Positions 8,489 through 17,551 are shown, counted from the first letter of the stretch. The stretch: DNA of 37,254 nucleotides from Nanobdellota archaeon (GCA_038046425.1 JBBSWG010000069.1:1-37254), one strand, 5' to 3'. The notes: generated by a model from the letters alone, not told the origin. Program-made: numbers and translations.

Positions 8489-8578
8489 AATAAATGGGGC
8501 TGCTCGGATATAAGGGGCCTGGCCCCTTATCAACCCCAGGGCGAACTACGCCAAGGGAATAAATGGGGCTGCCCGGAT
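8489..8578. repeat. 21-bp direct repeat of the tRNA-Pro 3' end enclosing two GC hairpins (att-like scar)
   Basis: AATAAATGGGGCTGCTCGGAT (8489-8509) vs AATAAATGGGGCTGCCCGGAT (8558-8578), 20/21 identical; ATAAGGGGCC-T-GGCCCCTTAT at 8510-8530. Confidence 0.8.
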
Positions 8579-8710
8579 TTTCGTTGCAAGCCTGCAACTT
8601 GCATAGATTGCTTGCCGTTCGAACCGGGATTCAATGGTTTCTTGATTCTTCCCAAACCATTAGTGATAGTTCCCCTGTTGATTCTAACACCCAGGTTACA
8701 CTACAGCCCC
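8564..8710 (-). tRNA. tRNA-Pro(TGG) with three introns (8670-8690 D-loop, 8639-8650 canonical 37/38, 8578-8617 T-loop)
   Basis: Acceptor stem GGGGCTG/CAGCCCC. The spliced product is 74 nt with anticodon stem AATGG/CCATT, loop TTTGGGA and T arm CCCGG-TTCGAAT-CCGGG. Central helices TTTG/CAAG and TTCG/CGAA are clear; the D-loop junction is a relaxed motif and is less exact. Confidence 0.9.
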
Positions 8711-8807
8711 GTGGTCCCTTTATAAATTTTGCTGAAAAGGAAGGGGTTTTAAAAAGGTTTGGGATAAGGGTACCACTTCACTAACCTAAAGCAGGGGGAG
8801 CACCAAT

Positions 8808-8854
8808 ATATAATAAGTGACCCTAATAATTATACCAATGGTCACTTATTATAT
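8808..8854. repeat. Perfect 15-bp inverted repeat with a 17-nt spacer
   Basis: ATATAATAAGTGACC (8808-8822) / GGTCACTTATTATAT (8840-8854). Confidence 0.8.
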
Positions 8855-9004
8855 TCGAAGGACACAACTAATCAGTATAAATATTTGTGTCTTTCGTTAC
8901 CCGAGCGCTACAAACGTGGTTAACATCGCCTTGCGGAGGAGGCTGGTGCTCGCCCCGCTTCTCGGGAAGCGGTAGGAACCAGAGGAAGTATTGTTCAGGC
9001 ATTT

Positions 9005-9682
9005 TTATCCACCCTGCGATAATTTTTGTATCATCTCCTTCAAATCCTCCATCAAATAATCCGGCTTTTCCTTCTCGAGTAAAACATTGTCCTGCGCTCC
9101 CGTCTTCACACAAATTACCTTTACTCCGGCATTACGGGCAAACCGGACATCCAGCATGGTGTCACCAACATAGAAGCATTCTTCTGGAGGCAATCCTAAA
9201 TGAGACATTACTACGAACAGGCCGTGAGGATGAGGACGGGGCTCAATAGCACCTTCCGTGCAGAGTACGACATCGAAATACTCTCGAAGCCCCATTTGTT
9301 CCAAAAAGAAATCAGCTTCCTGGCGTTCGAAAGCCGTCAGCACCGCTAATTTCTTTCCTTTCTGTTTGAGGATTTTTAATCCTTCCACCACCTCTGGAAT
9401 GACCTTAAAATGTGAAATAACAGCCCGAGGAAAGAGTCGCTGAAAAGAAGTATAACATTGTTGTATCTTCTCTTCGATTTTTTCTTCATCAGCTTCAGGA
9501 TAAGAAACTCTAACTGCCGTCTGTACATCTTTAAAAAGGCTATGGCCAAAAACATTAATGACACTCTCACGATCTTTAAATTCCAGACCATTTTCCTGCA
9601 AAGCTTTTTCTATAGCCATAAGAATAGCTTCGCTGGTAGTTACTAAAGTTCCCCCGAGGTCAAAGATAAAAGCTTTAATCAT
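9005..9682 (-). CDS. HAD-superfamily hydrolase (phosphoglycolate phosphatase-like)
   Basis: IFDLGGTL (motif I, second Asp replaced by Gly), AVLT, RPHP, YVGDTMLDV..A..AGV. Confidence 0.88.
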   Translation of the reverse strand: MIKAFIFDLGGTLVTTSEAILMAIEKALQENGLEFKDRESVINVFGHSLFKDVQTAVRVSYPEADEEKIEEKIQQCYTSFQRLFPRAVISHFKVIPEVVEGLKILKQKGKKLAVLTAFERQEADFFLEQMGLREYFDVVLCTEGAIEPRPHPHGLFVVMSHLGLPPEECFYVGDTMLDVRFARNAGVKVICVKTGAQDNVLLEKEKPDYLMEDLKEMIQKLSQGG

Positions 9683-10377
9683 GTTTTCAAAGGAAATCGT
9701 TCCTGTATCTCAATGTTTACTTTCCCCTTCTTCACTGACACATATCCTAAGCACACTGCTCCGGGATTGCTGAGCGGCAAGATTGGCTCTTCTTCTATCG
9801 CTCGGAAAAATTCCCGTAAATGCTCTGGTAAAGTGTGCTCTAAAAATTGAGAGATAGTGATGTGCCCTCCCCACGGCTGCTGTACTTTACCAATCCTTTC
9901 GGCAACTTTGTACTTTTGAAAAGATTCATGCACTGAGTCTGCCAGATGGACAAAGGTTTCTCCCGCCATACCCTGTGCTATCGTTGTATCCTGATTATAC
10001 AGCCACCCTTCGTAGGGGATAGTTACCGCAGGAAAATCTTTAGATACAGAGTGTAAAGCATCTTCCAGCAAAGCCACGCTTTCACGATTGATGCTGTGTT
10101 GCTCTGGAGGATGATATTGCATTCCTACGACGCCTAGAGTAGTATGAACCGCAATCCTTTCGTAGGTCATCGCGGGTACCACCTTGGCAATTTTTCTTGA
10201 CAGATTAGTACAGCGATCGACAATTTCTTCCGGATGCTTGAGAAAAATTAAATATCCATCCCTATTCTCAATCGTCTTGGGGGGTGTAGTTCCTTCTGCT
10301 CGAATAGTCTGGCATGCCGCTTTAAATTTATTATATACTTGTTGCTGCCCTTGTAAAAAAGTTTCTAGGTCAATCAT
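9679..10377 (-). CDS. Probable 2H-phosphoesterase-family protein
   Basis: Two HxT motifs (VHTTLG, GHITIS) about 95 aa apart. Confidence 0.65.
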   Translation of the reverse strand: MIDLETFLQGQQQVYNKFKAACQTIRAEGTTPPKTIENRDGYLIFLKHPEEIVDRCTNLSRKIAKVVPAMTYERIAVHTTLGVVGMQYHPPEQHSINRESVALLEDALHSVSKDFPAVTIPYEGWLYNQDTTIAQGMAGETFVHLADSVHESFQKYKVAERIGKVQQPWGGHITISQFLEHTLPEHLREFFRAIEEEPILPLSNPGAVCLGYVSVKKGKVNIEIQERFPLKT

Positions 10378-11102
10378 TGTAATTGCCCCCCAATCGCTTC
10401 TTCCGCCTCTCTTAACTCTTCCTTCGTATTAATCTCCCTAATTAAAGAATCCCCGACATCGAAAGCATAGAAAGGCACTTGAGTTAAAGCATACCGCATC
10501 AAGCCATGACAGTGCTGATTTTTATCGCCGTTGCGGATAAAGCTTTCCACTCTTTCTTTCATGACCACCACCGCAGCTGGAGATAATTTTGCCATCCCAC
10601 TTCCCCGTCCCTGGGCACCAAGTAAATTGGCATTATCCATTTTGATAATCCTATCACCATCTAACAGGACTTGCTCCATGGAACCATTTAACTGCACCTT
10701 TTTATCTACCAGGATAACATTCTCGTAAGGGCTTTCTTTCAGGCGTTTGATGAGCGGCGCAAACAACACAATATCACAGTTGAGATGAATGTACGGTTCA
10801 CTTCCAATCAAACTTCGTGCTTGCCAGTACGAGTAACTGCTATTAGTGGTAGCATATTCCGGATTTAAGGCAAAGGTGAAATTCATATTTTTATATTTTT
10901 CCTTGGACTCCAAAAACGCTAAAATCTTTTCTTTCTTATATCCTAAGACTATGGCCACGTCCGTGATGCCATTCGCCAGCAGGGCATCTAACTGGTATTC
11001 TAAGATTGGTTTTCCGGCAACAGGAACGAGACACTTGGGAAGATCAATGGTGAGGTCTCCTAATCTGCTGCCAATTCCGGCGGCAAGGATGAAGGCTTTC
11101 AT
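10374..11102 (-). CDS. Nucleotidyltransferase, phosphocholine cytidylyltransferase (LicC)-like
   Basis: ILAAGIGSRL...PKCL...NPEYATTNSSYS...LNCDI...EINTKEEL. Confidence 0.88.
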   Translation of the reverse strand: MKAFILAAGIGSRLGDLTIDLPKCLVPVAGKPILEYQLDALLANGITDVAIVLGYKKEKILAFLESKEKYKNMNFTFALNPEYATTNSSYSYWQARSLIGSEPYIHLNCDIVLFAPLIKRLKESPYENVILVDKKVQLNGSMEQVLLDGDRIIKMDNANLLGAQGRGSGMAKLSPAAVVVMKERVESFIRNGDKNQHCHGLMRYALTQVPFYAFDVGDSLIREINTKEELREAEEAIGGQLQ

Positions 11103-11210
11103 TTCCAATTCTAAGAAAATAAAGCATTTAAATAAGTTGTGATATTGTCGTTTTCAAAAAAAAGAACATAAGTACATAATCTTTAAATAACCTCCACTTA
11201 TGAGTGGAAA

Positions 11211-11627
11211 ATGGTCTATCAAAGTATTAAAGATTTTGGAAAGAAGGCCTTTTTGATAAGTAGGTTAGTCGCAGTTCTTAGTGGGTGTGAAGAAAAACGA
11301 AATATAAATCAAGTTTTTTCGGATATCAATCTCGACGGAAGAAAAGACCTTGTTGAGTATATCTATGAGAGTGGTATTCACATCACACTAAATAAATCTG
11401 ATGGAATTTTCGCAGCACGTCCAACATATATTTTACGTTTGAGAAGTAGACCTGAGGAATTCCGCGTTGATGATTTAGATAGAGATAAAATACCGGACAT
11501 CTCGTACGTAGTAGAAAGTGCATTTGGTTGGGGCAGCATTGGGGGATATGATCTGTATCTTGCAAAAGGAAATAATGATGGAACTTTTCAAAGTCCTGTA
11601 AAAATAAAACATTATAAGACACAATAG
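11211..11627 (+). CDS. AT-rich FG-GAP/VCBS-repeat putative lipoprotein
   Basis: LSGC lipobox-like motif; DINLDGRKDL, DLDRDKIPDI, GNNDGTF; own TATA-like TTTAAATA upstream; opposite strand to the surrounding operon. Confidence 0.75.
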   Translation: MVYQSIKDFGKKAFLISRLVAVLSGCEEKRNINQVFSDINLDGRKDLVEYIYESGIHITLNKSDGIFAARPTYILRLRSRPEEFRVDDLDRDKIPDISYVVESAFGWGSIGGYDLYLAKGNNDGTFQSPVKIKHYKTQ

Positions 11628-11634
11628 GAATTTT

Positions 11635-11742
11635 TCATATACTACGATAAAAAATTTTTTGATGAACAAGGCATTTGGGAAGATTGGTGGTGATTTCACC
11701 GAGACGGCTACCCAGGCCCGCGGTAAGAATCAACGCCTTCAT
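11635..11742 (-). pseudogene. Truncated 5' fragment of a nucleotidyltransferase homologous to 10374-11102
   Basis: MKALILTAGLGSRLGEITTNLPKCLV followed by unrelated residues and a stop; 19/26 aa identical to the N-terminus of 10374-11102; its ATG overlaps the stop codon of the upstream gene. Confidence 0.85.
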
Positions 11743-13031
11743 ACTTCCCTCACTTTGGTGAACCCATACTTGATCCCATTCTGCAGCAAGGTTAAGGTCT
11801 CCGAAGAGGAAAGTTCATGCTGGTTCACCAGGGAAACTGTGTTAAACTCTGTATTCACTTCCACGATCAGAGGAGAATTTTTCTGTTGGCGGTCGGCATT
11901 CAGCGCTTCACCGGTCTTCTGAATCAGCTCATGGAGATCCATGGTGGCAGCGGCGTGTTCCACACTTTTCGACAAGGGTTTCCGCCGTTCTAAACGTTGC
12001 TGAATTATCTTTTCACTGGAGACCACACAGTCAACCACAAAGACCTGGTAGCCATGCTCGGCTGCCTGATAATAAATTTTCTTTCGGGATTCCCACGTGT
12101 TAAAATTTCCGTCGAGAATGACATTGGCACTCTTCCACTGCATCACCATCCGCACCCGTTCCATCATCGCATCGTAAATGGCTTTCCTCTCCTCCGTTGA
12201 ATATAAATTTACCAAACCGAGCTCTTCCCGAAGATTAAAAGTGGAAATCAATGACGTCCGCCCGAATTGGGAGCAATATTCCTGTAAAGCTCTGGCCGTA
12301 TGCGTTTTTCCGGTAGCCGGATTTCCATGCATCAGCACCACAAAGGGAACCTGCGCTCCAAATAAAGTATTGGCTTTTTCTACATCAGTCGGTGATTCGA
12401 GTTCACACCATTTCAGCCCGGTAATATTGACTCCGTACAAAGGGTGGGATTTAGCCACGTCGTTCAGCACGCTATAAAAGCCCACAGTCTTATTTCCTTT
12501 TTTAATTTCCTGTTCGGTCCGCAAAAAGACTTCTCCCGCTAATGGGACAGAAAGTTTTACTGGCCCCACCACTATTCCCTGAGCGATATCATCACTCACC
12601 TCCCGACCATGGTGGATGATCCGATCACCGACCAGGACTACTTTTTGCATGGCGCTGGTAAAATCATACTTCCGATCAAAGCCAAAGGCGTTGCGGTAGG
12701 GGGAAGAAATGATGCGGCGGAGAAGTTCTCCCTCCAACAGCAAATGAGAATTAATAGCCACAAATTCCTCTTGGAGGTACTCCCGGGCTAGCCATAACGA
12801 ATAGGCACTCCCGGTAGTAGTATAATCCTGGTTTTCTACATAGGTAACCCGAGAGCCGAGATAGGTTCGCAGTAATTCCTGCTTAAATCCGACAACGATG
12901 ATAATGTCCTGAATGTTGTTGGCCTGCAGGGCCTCGAGGATATAATCAATAACTTTTTTCCCCTGGACTTCCTGTAGGCAGTAGGGAATTTCTTCCTGCG
13001 CTCCGCCAGCTGCCAGCACCACCGCTTTCAT
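11739..13031 (-). CDS. Fusion of a degenerate nucleotidyltransferase domain and a P-loop kinase (AAA_33-like)
   Basis: N-terminal AVVLAAG...NQDYTTTGSAYSL; C-terminal HGNPATGKT, ILDGNF, QRLERR. Confidence 0.82.
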   Translation of the reverse strand: MKAVVLAAGGAQEEIPYCLQEVQGKKVIDYILEALQANNIQDIIIVVGFKQELLRTYLGSRVTYVENQDYTTTGSAYSLWLAREYLQEEFVAINSHLLLEGELLRRIISSPYRNAFGFDRKYDFTSAMQKVVLVGDRIIHHGREVSDDIAQGIVVGPVKLSVPLAGEVFLRTEQEIKKGNKTVGFYSVLNDVAKSHPLYGVNITGLKWCELESPTDVEKANTLFGAQVPFVVLMHGNPATGKTHTARALQEYCSQFGRTSLISTFNLREELGLVNLYSTEERKAIYDAMMERVRMVMQWKSANVILDGNFNTWESRKKIYYQAAEHGYQVFVVDCVVSSEKIIQQRLERRKPLSKSVEHAAATMDLHELIQKTGEALNADRQQKNSPLIVEVNTEFNTVSLVNQHELSSSETLTLLQNGIKYGFTKVREV

Positions 13032-13116
13032 GGAATAAATCCCTTTAATCTGTTTAAAAGGGTTGTGGAAGGCTATTGAAGAACTTCTCGTTCAGCGATT
13101 CCGCCGCCAGCGGCAA

Positions 13117-14010
13117 TCATACTCTTCTCTTCCACGCCTCTTTCATGAAGCCATAACTCCAGGCGACCGTGCCACAAAACAACAGGGGTGAACTTACCAT
13201 AAATACCGGAAGATGCCGGGGGTTATAGCGCAGCATTCTCCCGCTAATCCGCAGGGTACGGATCAGTGGAGCCAGCATTGCCAGCAGGGGATTCCGGACT
13301 AAACTTTTTCCCGGGATATCAGCCTGTTTCCGGACGTAGGCAGAATGTTCACCAAAGCAACGGTGATGGGCCATAAACAGGTTCCACCGTTCTCTATTAC
13401 AATGAGCCACCTGCAGCGCTGGTTCAAATAACAGTGGATAATTTTTACCTGCGGCATAGCAAAACAAAGTATCTTCCCCGGCAATGATATCCTCTCTGAA
13501 CCCACCCCCATTCTGAAATGCGGCTTTGGTAATCATAAAATTACAGGTAGGCGTAAATTGAACTTCTCGTCGCGGCATGCTGGGTAGGAACTCATTAAAC
13601 GTCAAAAAATAGTCGGGCCAGCTCACGAGCCCAGGATTGCCATTGTGAACACTTCCACCGACAATAGGATGCCCTTTCTTGACCATCTCCACACCTTTTT
13701 CCAGCCAATTTTCTGTGGCAATACAGTCCGAATCAATAAAAGCTAGAATTTCTCCCCGCGCTTCTTTGGCTCCCCGGTTTCTTCCCGCACCAGGATAGGT
13801 TTGCTGGTCTCGATGAATCAACTTGACTTTAGGAAATTTTATCTTGATAATGGTAGGAGTAGCATCCGTGGAACTATCGACTACGATAATTTCAAAGGGG
13901 AACAGAGGAGATTGTCGCTGCAATGAGTTCAAGCACTGTTCAATATGCTTCTCAGCATTGTACGCGGGGATAATCACGCTTACCAGCGGTTTTGATGGCT
14001 TCTTATTCAT
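13117..14010 (-). CDS. Glycosyltransferase family 2
   Basis: VSVIIPAYN, VVDSSTD, AGRNRG, FIDSD, GED. Start 14010 overlaps the upstream stop region (the track gives 14055). Confidence 0.92.
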   Translation of the reverse strand: MNKKPSKPLVSVIIPAYNAEKHIEQCLNSLQRQSPLFPFEIIVVDSSTDATPTIIKIKFPKVKLIHRDQQTYPGAGRNRGAKEARGEILAFIDSDCIATENWLEKGVEMVKKGHPIVGGSVHNGNPGLVSWPDYFLTFNEFLPSMPRREVQFTPTCNFMITKAAFQNGGGFREDIIAGEDTLFCYAAGKNYPLLFEPALQVAHCNRERWNLFMAHHRCFGEHSAYVRKQADIPGKSLVRNPLLAMLAPLIRTLRISGRMLRYNPRHLPVFMVSSPLLFCGTVAWSYGFMKEAWKRRV

Positions 14011-14950
14011 GTTTCCACTTCTCCTGCAGATAACCGATCTGCTGTAGAGCTGCACTCATCCCCAATAAAGTCATAATCACCGGTAAACGCCGATTCTTAT
14101 TCTCTTTGAGCACATTCTTAGCTGACCAGGCCCGCAGCTTGATAAATTCTTTTACCGTCCCTACTTTTTTCTTAAAATGATAATTGGCCCTTCCTCGACG
14201 AAGCTGCCAGCGGACAAATTCCTTCCAGGTAGTCCGGGCTTCATGGTAGGCATAGCCTTCCGGAACATACTTTACAGGTATTTGCGCCCGCTCTAACCGA
14301 TAGGAAAATTCCGCATCTTCTGCCCCATTCTTCATCGTTTCATCAAAATAGCCAACTTTTTCAAACACCGTCCGGCGTAACGCGCAATTTCCCACCGAAA
14401 GATGGTTGGTGAAGTTATGCTCAGAGACTTTCCACACCTTTTCAAAGCCGAGCGATCCACCGCCTGGAAAGCCTAACGCGGCAATACAGTCGCCAAGAAA
14501 AGTTGATGGTGGTACTCTTGTTCCCCCGGTCACGGCCAGCAGTGTTTGATCCTGAAGTAAGGGTCTGACCAATGAGTCGAGCCATTGCTCCTGCACCCAG
14601 CAGTCATCATCAATGAAGACAATCAACTCCCCTTGGGCTGCCCGAAGGCCCTGGTTGCGGTTGAATGGGATTCCCTGCTGCGCCGGAATAGTGAGGTAAC
14701 GGAGGGAAAATGGTAGCGAAGGTGCCGGCCGCTGGATATTGGACTCGTGCAGCAGCAGTATTTCTGCTGGATACTTTTCGATCTGACTCTTCATGCTTTC
14801 CAGCAAACGACTAAGTTTATCAAGACGCAGCTGATCACAGATGATGATGATCGAAAGCAGAGGCTTTTTCTGGCTGGTCTCTGCTCTTACATTTGTTCTT
14901 AAGTTTACTCCTGTGCTTACTCGCTGTGTTCTTGAGTTTACTGGTTTCAT
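14003..14950 (-). CDS. Glycosyltransferase family 2
   Basis: RNQG, FIDDD, GYFDE, AEDAEF, QLRRG. Confidence 0.9.
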   Translation of the reverse strand: MKPVNSRTQRVSTGVNLRTNVRAETSQKKPLLSIIIICDQLRLDKLSRLLESMKSQIEKYPAEILLLHESNIQRPAPSLPFSLRYLTIPAQQGIPFNRNQGLRAAQGELIVFIDDDCWVQEQWLDSLVRPLLQDQTLLAVTGGTRVPPSTFLGDCIAALGFPGGGSLGFEKVWKVSEHNFTNHLSVGNCALRRTVFEKVGYFDETMKNGAEDAEFSYRLERAQIPVKYVPEGYAYHEARTTWKEFVRWQLRRGRANYHFKKKVGTVKEFIKLRAWSAKNVLKENKNRRLPVIMTLLGMSAALQQIGYLQEKWKHE

Positions 14951-16326
14951 CCCCGCCCTACCCCATAATACTCAAAGCCTTCCGCTTGGATCAACAGTGG
15001 GTCATAAATATTTCGGCCATCAAACAGAATTTTACTGTTCATCATCGTGCCGAGTTCAGTAAAATTAACGCTACGAAACTCATCCCATTCGGTCACGAGC
15101 ACAATCAGGTTACTCCCCTGCACGGAATCGGCTATTGAAGACGAGTAATGGATAGCGTTATTGGGAATAGTCTTATGAGGGATAATGTTATTGAACACTC
15201 TTCGTGCTTCTTCCAAGGCGATTGGATCATAAAGCCGTACCTGCAGACCCTGGCTTAGCAGTTCCTGAATTAAAGAAACAGCAGGTGCTTCCCGTAAATC
15301 GCTGGTTTTAGGCTTAAAGCTGGCGCCCCAGACCGTAACAGTATTTCCGTTCACCCGCTTTAGCTTCTGAATAATTTTGGGCAGAAAGAAATTCTTTTGC
15401 CGCTCATTGAAGGCATCGACCTCTTGCAACAATTTAGCACTATAGCCGTGCTCTTCCGCTGCTGAAATAAGTGCTCGCAAATCTTTGGAAAAGCAGCTTC
15501 CCCCGTAGCCAATACCCGCATTCAAAAACTTTGGTCCGATGCGATAATCTAAGCCCATGGCCTGGGCCACCTGCTTAACGTCCGCTTCAACGAGCTGGCA
15601 GATGTTGGCAATCTCATTGATGAAACTTATTTTCGTCGCTAAAAAAGTGTTATTGGCATACTTGACCATCTCCGCCGTTTCCCAGTTCATCTCCAGAAAG
15701 GGGATATACGTTTTAAGGAGACCCTGATAGACCTTTCTCATAACGGCAACTGCTTTCTCTGTTTCTGCCCCAATCACAATCTTGTCAGGATGGTTGAAAT
15801 CATAGACCGCATTGCCCTGTTTCAGAAATTCGGGGTTCGAAACTACCTCGATTTGACCGGAAGGGTTCATTTCCTGAAGAAGCTGCTGGCATTTTCTCGC
15901 CGTACCTGGCGGCACGGTACTCTTGTTGACCAGGATTTTATAGTTTTCAGCCTTGGTCTGGCTTTGGCCCTGAAATCTGCTTTGAGTAACGCGAGCTCCT
16001 TCTTTAGCCACTTCTTTCGCCACCGTATAGACCGCCTCCAGGTCAGCCGCGCCATTGCCCGTGCTGGGCGTGCCCACACAGGTAAATAAGACTTCGCCAA
16101 AATTGATGCCTTCCGCCAGATGGGAAGAAAAGGAAAGACGGCCCTGCTCTCGATTCCGAGCTACCAGCTCTTTCAGCCCGGGCTCGTAGAAAGAAATCGT
16201 TCCCTGCTGCAGAGCATTAATTTTCTCTTGATCAACATCAACGCCAAGAACGGTGTGCCCTAGGTTAGCTAAACTTGCTCCCGTGACCAGCCCAACATAA
16301 CCGGTGCCAAAAATCGTGATCTTCAT
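14947..16326 (-). CDS. ugd: UDP-glucose/GDP-mannose dehydrogenase family protein
   Basis: GTGYVG, CVGTP, KSTVPPGT, NPEFL, KYANNTFLA, GYGGSCF, FKPKTSDLREAP. Confidence 0.93.
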   Translation of the reverse strand: MKITIFGTGYVGLVTGASLANLGHTVLGVDVDQEKINALQQGTISFYEPGLKELVARNREQGRLSFSSHLAEGINFGEVLFTCVGTPSTGNGAADLEAVYTVAKEVAKEGARVTQSRFQGQSQTKAENYKILVNKSTVPPGTARKCQQLLQEMNPSGQIEVVSNPEFLKQGNAVYDFNHPDKIVIGAETEKAVAVMRKVYQGLLKTYIPFLEMNWETAEMVKYANNTFLATKISFINEIANICQLVEADVKQVAQAMGLDYRIGPKFLNAGIGYGGSCFSKDLRALISAAEEHGYSAKLLQEVDAFNERQKNFFLPKIIQKLKRVNGNTVTVWGASFKPKTSDLREAPAVSLIQELLSQGLQVRLYDPIALEEARRVFNNIIPHKTIPNNAIHYSSSIADSVQGSNLIVLVTEWDEFRSVNFTELGTMMNSKILFDGRNIYDPLLIQAEGFEYYGVGRG

Positions 16327-17069
16327 CGTGATGCATACACTTTCTCTGCTTCCTGCAGCGACTCAAAACTCCCGATATCGAACCAGTGCTCAGCAAAAAC
16401 GTAACCATGAACTTCAGACTCTTTGGTCAGGTAGCGGATTAAGTCGCCGGAATTGTCGGCTTTCCCTTTCTCGATTGACTTTTCAATCAGGGATAGGTCG
16501 TTTTTGTGGAAGATGTAGCAGGCGGTCGCCGCTAACGTGCTTTTCGGTTGAGCAGGCTTCTCTTCAAATTGCAATACCTTGCTGCCGTTAAGGGTGCCCA
16601 CGCCAAACCGCTTGCGCACTTTCTCGATATCTTTAAGATCGTGGAAGGCCACGATCGAAGCCTGGTGCCGCTGAAACTGAGCGACGAATTTAGCCAGGGA
16701 AAAGCCAAACAGGTTGTCTCCGGCAATCACCAGCAGGTCATCCTCAATCTCTTCTTCCTGCAACACGAAGTTGATATCCCCCACGGCACCCAGACGGTCA
16801 TCGTTACTGAGCGTGCCATCATCGATAAGCTTTATTTTTTTGGGGAACTTGAAATGATTTGACCAGATACGGAATTGCTCGTAAAAGCGGTGGTTGGTGA
16901 CAATCAGGATTTCATCCACGTCCGGCAGCTCTTTGATCTTGCTCAGGATATGTTCAATGACCGGCTTGGGCCCCACTTTCAGCAGCGGCTTAGGCTGGTC
17001 TTCCGTGAGCGGATACAGCCGGGTAGCATAGCCCGCTGCGAGAATCACCGCTTTCATAGTAAAAAGCAA
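16323..17069 (-). CDS. Sugar-phosphate nucleotidyltransferase (likely start 17057)
   Basis: ILAAGYATRLYPLT...PKPLL, AGDNL, FEEKP, WFDIGS. Confidence 0.92.
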   Translation of the reverse strand: MLFTMKAVILAAGYATRLYPLTEDQPKPLLKVGPKPVIEHILSKIKELPDVDEILIVTNHRFYEQFRIWSNHFKFPKKIKLIDDGTLSNDDRLGAVGDINFVLQEEEIEDDLLVIAGDNLFGFSLAKFVAQFQRHQASIVAFHDLKDIEKVRKRFGVGTLNGSKVLQFEEKPAQPKSTLAATACYIFHKNDLSLIEKSIEKGKADNSGDLIRYLTKESEVHGYVFAEHWFDIGSFESLQEAEKVYASR

Positions 17070-17137
17070 AAGGGAGCCCTTTAAAAGGATTGTGGAAAAG
17101 GGTAATACTTCACTAAAAAGTTAACGTACTAATAAAA

Positions 17138-17551
17138 CTATCGAAACAACCTTCGCAAAAACCCAACTTCTGCGATTCTGCCCGCGTCCACCAGCAGCCG
17201 TTCTTCCCGGATCAGCCAGGATAAACGGCCTGCGCCCAGATAAAGCACCGACGAGAACGAAACGATCACTACGGTTAAAATCACCAGATCCAGCCAATGG
17301 TGTTTTACAAACACCAGGAAATCCCGGCTTTTAGCAAAATTCCGGCCCATGTCGGTGAACATGATACCCACAAAGAGAATGTCAAATGTACGGATAAAGC
17401 GTTGAAATTTCTCGCCAGGATGCATTGTGATCTCCAGCGCAAACAGGGCCAGGCCCAGCAGGACACCACTTACCAACACCATATCCAGACTCTTATCCAG
17501 CCAATGCTGGTGCCGATATCGTTTTGCCTGTTGTTTTATTTTTTGTTTCAT
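17138..17551 (-). CDS. Stand-alone voltage-sensor-like (ion transport S1-S4) membrane protein
   Basis: Helices with FDILFVGIMFTD and FVKHHWLDLV, then an Arg-rich C-terminal segment; no pore or selectivity-filter region. Confidence 0.55.
   Translation of the reverse strand: MKQKIKQQAKRYRHQHWLDKSLDMVLVSGVLLGLALFALEITMHPGEKFQRFIRTFDILFVGIMFTDMGRNFAKSRDFLVFVKHHWLDLVILTVVIVSFSSVLYLGAGRLSWLIREERLLVDAGRIAEVGFLRRLFR

Noticed and set aside
8366-8784. ORFs 8366-8725, 8388-8597 and 8563-8784 with a repeated GNKWGC
   Set aside because: They overlap tRNA-Pro, and the peptide repeat comes from the 21-bp tRNA-end duplication.
14870-14945. Short imperfect tandem duplication at the GT2 N-terminus (VNSRT/VNLRT)
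   Set aside because: Only two degenerate units in a low-complexity tail; no evidence of function.
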